Shown piece by piece: positions 62,158 to 64,000 of a stretch of 64,000 nucleotides of DNA. Source of the stretch: Amphiscolops sp. MND2022 (taxonomy: Eukaryota); contig OZ076409.1 in the NCBI GenBank assembly GCA_964187785.1, forward strand, positions 90,026,001 through 90,090,000. The letters run 5' to 3'. Every line of letters starts with the position of its first letter. The stretch's first letter is position 1. The notes below the pieces were generated by a model. That model was given only the letters and a program-made list of their open reading frames with translations. It ran no database searches and had not been told where the DNA came from. The position numbers and the translations under genes were made by a program.

Positions 62158-62905
62158 TGTAACGTCAGGCAAGGGACGTTGCAGAAGTTCTTGAAATTTT
62201 CGACCATAACTTCGAAATGTGCGGTATCAAACAAGCACATTCAAGATGGCCGACCCAGCAGGTACGAAAACCATAGAAGAAGCAAAATAAAGGCAAAACA
62301 ACAACAGAAGACCCCACACCCACCCAGGAACGTGAATGTCAGAGATGTCATCACCCAAAACGCGAGAAAATCAGGAATTGTGCCATCTGACAGCAAAAAG
62401 ACAGGGTTTCGGCAGAAAAGTGCCAAATGAGACCATTGTGCCCCGAAGATGAGGAATGATGTCAAAGGCCAGACTGATGACCAACCCTGAACTGTAATGT
62501 TATTGGGGCTTATCCCCGTGCTTTATTTCCGTTTAGGGAGTATTTATATGATGTTTGATCTTTGATACTAGATCTGTATTTTAGAACTTATTCCCCAAAT
62601 ACAATGTATTTCAGTTAGACACCTTTTTGGACCTCGGAAGTATGAAGAAGGTGGCAGGAATGTATGTTAGGAACCTAGGATACGTTTTTACAGGCTTGTG
62701 GAGCGTGTCCGGACTCTGAGAGTGCCGGCACGTTGCTTCGGAGCTCTAACTAGAGAAGCCTCCTTAGTCGACAAAAAAGTCCCTCTTGGAGACCATTTTG
62801 GGATCAAAAACTAATGTCTAGGGATGTAGTAAGACAACGGTTTCCTGTTTGAGCATCCTAGGCATTGTCCCTCTTCCTAGATGTGAGTCGCTAGCGGTCG
62901 TTACA
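62158..62905 (+). repeat. 3' LTR
   Basis: TGTAACGTCAGGCAAGGG...GGTCGTTACA. Confidence 0.9.
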
Positions 62906-63503
62906 GTATTAGACTAGATCTGCAAAGCACCTTCGGTTTTTGTTTGTCATTACTGGCTTCAAATAGTGTCATTTTTGTTGTACCGTGAACACGAATATCA
63001 TTTTTCTCCAAAGCAGCATCAAGATGATTCAACCAACAACCTTTACCTTCAATATACATTGGTTCTTTGATGAGATCCAAAAATGTTCTATTGAAGCGTT
63101 CAACAAAAACAGCTTTCAAATCTGAATTGGTTGAATAAATTTGAATGTTTTGCTCTTTGAAAAAATCTAAAAATGTTTTGTTTTTAAACTCTTTACCTCT
63201 ATCTGTCATAATTTTATGAGGTTTTTTTGCTTTTTCAGAAGGATTTTATAATTCTTTTTTTAATGCAGTTGTTGTACTTTTTCCGGACTTATCTTTAAGA
63301 GGAATCGTCCTTGCATATTTAATACGGTTATCAATTATTGAGAAAAAATTTTTGAAGTGTGTTTTGTATTTTGATAAGCTAGACCTATCAGATCAGATCA
63401 ATACTCCAACACTCATCTTTGTAGTGAGTTTGTATTTGATTTCTTTGGAACTTCCTAATTACAGGAGAGAATAGTTCTTTCGCAAATTCTTTTTTCATAT
63501 TCA
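62906..63503 (-). pseudogene. Polinton rve (DDE) integrase, N-terminal part and catalytic core
   Basis: LAKELFSPV..KF, WSID, TIPLKDKS, TDRGKEF, KAVFVERFNRT. Confidence 0.88.
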
Positions 63504-63660
63504 TTTATTAATTTGAAAATTTCCACTTAATCGGTGATACAGCTTCGCTGGCTTCGCAAACCGAAAACGCCTCGCGTAAAATTTTTTTTATACTATACCG
63601 GAGGCGCTTCGAGTACCGAGGGCGCTTCGGGTCTTTTTTTTTAAATTCTATAGGTTTATT

Positions 63661-64000
63661 ATGTGTAACTTATATCATAATATTTTATATTTATTGGTGT
63701 TACATTAGACCTGGATAATATAAAAAATTATATCAAAAACTAAAATAATTCAAGGGATTTAAACATTCTCATTGAACTAATCAACCAGAAGAAACACCCC
63801 AAATCAACTAATCAATACCACAAATTGCCATATGTTAATTTATGGTACTAGAGGGTCAGGTAGGACATCTTTCCTAAAGTATTATTTAGATCAAACTAAA
63901 TCAAATTTGATAGTATTTAGTAGAAACGAAACTGGGTTTCCTGATAATTTTGTACCTTTGTTGCAGTTAGAAAACATTAACTTTGAATCACTTGCTAATA
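63661..64000 (+). pseudogene. Polinton packaging ATPase (A32/FtsK-like) 5' part, degenerate
   Basis: Walker A-like IYGTRGSGRTSF at ~63838-63873 (K->R), followed by a frameshift; Polinton context. Confidence 0.6.

Larger units (their letters stand above)
57727..62905 (+). mobile_element. Non-autonomous LTR element (~5.2 kb) inserted in the Polinton integrase
   Basis: Direct repeats at 57727-58459 and 62158-62905 (TGTAAC..GTTACA); PPT GGGGAGGA before the 3' LTR; candidate PBS TGGCGACCACAGAGGGA at 58476-58492; flanked by GTA(T); no gag/pol recognisable. Confidence 0.87.
52145..64000. mobile_element. Decayed Polinton/Maverick (adintovirus-like); left part truncated, continues beyond the window
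   Basis: pPolB, a major-capsid-like gene, an rve integrase and a Walker-A ATPase co-occur in a very AT-rich block; many stops and frameshifts; no TIR seen. Confidence 0.9.

Overview
AT-rich eukaryotic, probably invertebrate animal, genomic DNA dominated by transposable elements. One complete host gene can be reconstructed: an 8-exon SLC12A9-like cation-chloride cotransporter on the minus strand (31290->6430, 3081-nt CDS, 1026 aa), with two consecutive GC-AG introns. A probable terminal exon of a convergent coiled-coil gene lies at 4064-4286. The rest is nested mobile DNA: several Helentron/DINE-1-like (HINE) families, CCC..GGG elements with 2-bp TSDs (CACTA/EnSpm-like), hAT-like MITEs, a deleted hAT transposase element, a foldback element, a decayed Gypsy element and a LINE 3' fragment. 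From about 52.1 kb to the end lies a decayed Polinton/Maverick (pPolB, major capsid, integrase, packaging ATPase) whose integrase is split by a non-autonomous LTR element. The most unusual observations are (i) a conserved ~150-bp GCGAAGC-rich core carried inside four GG..CC, 8-bp-TSD elements with three unrelated TIR sets, and (ii) a short GC-rich motif dispersed through the Polinton, often in frame inside its genes. All family assignments come from motif recognition by eye; no database searches were run. Most short ORFs in the supplied track are spurious.
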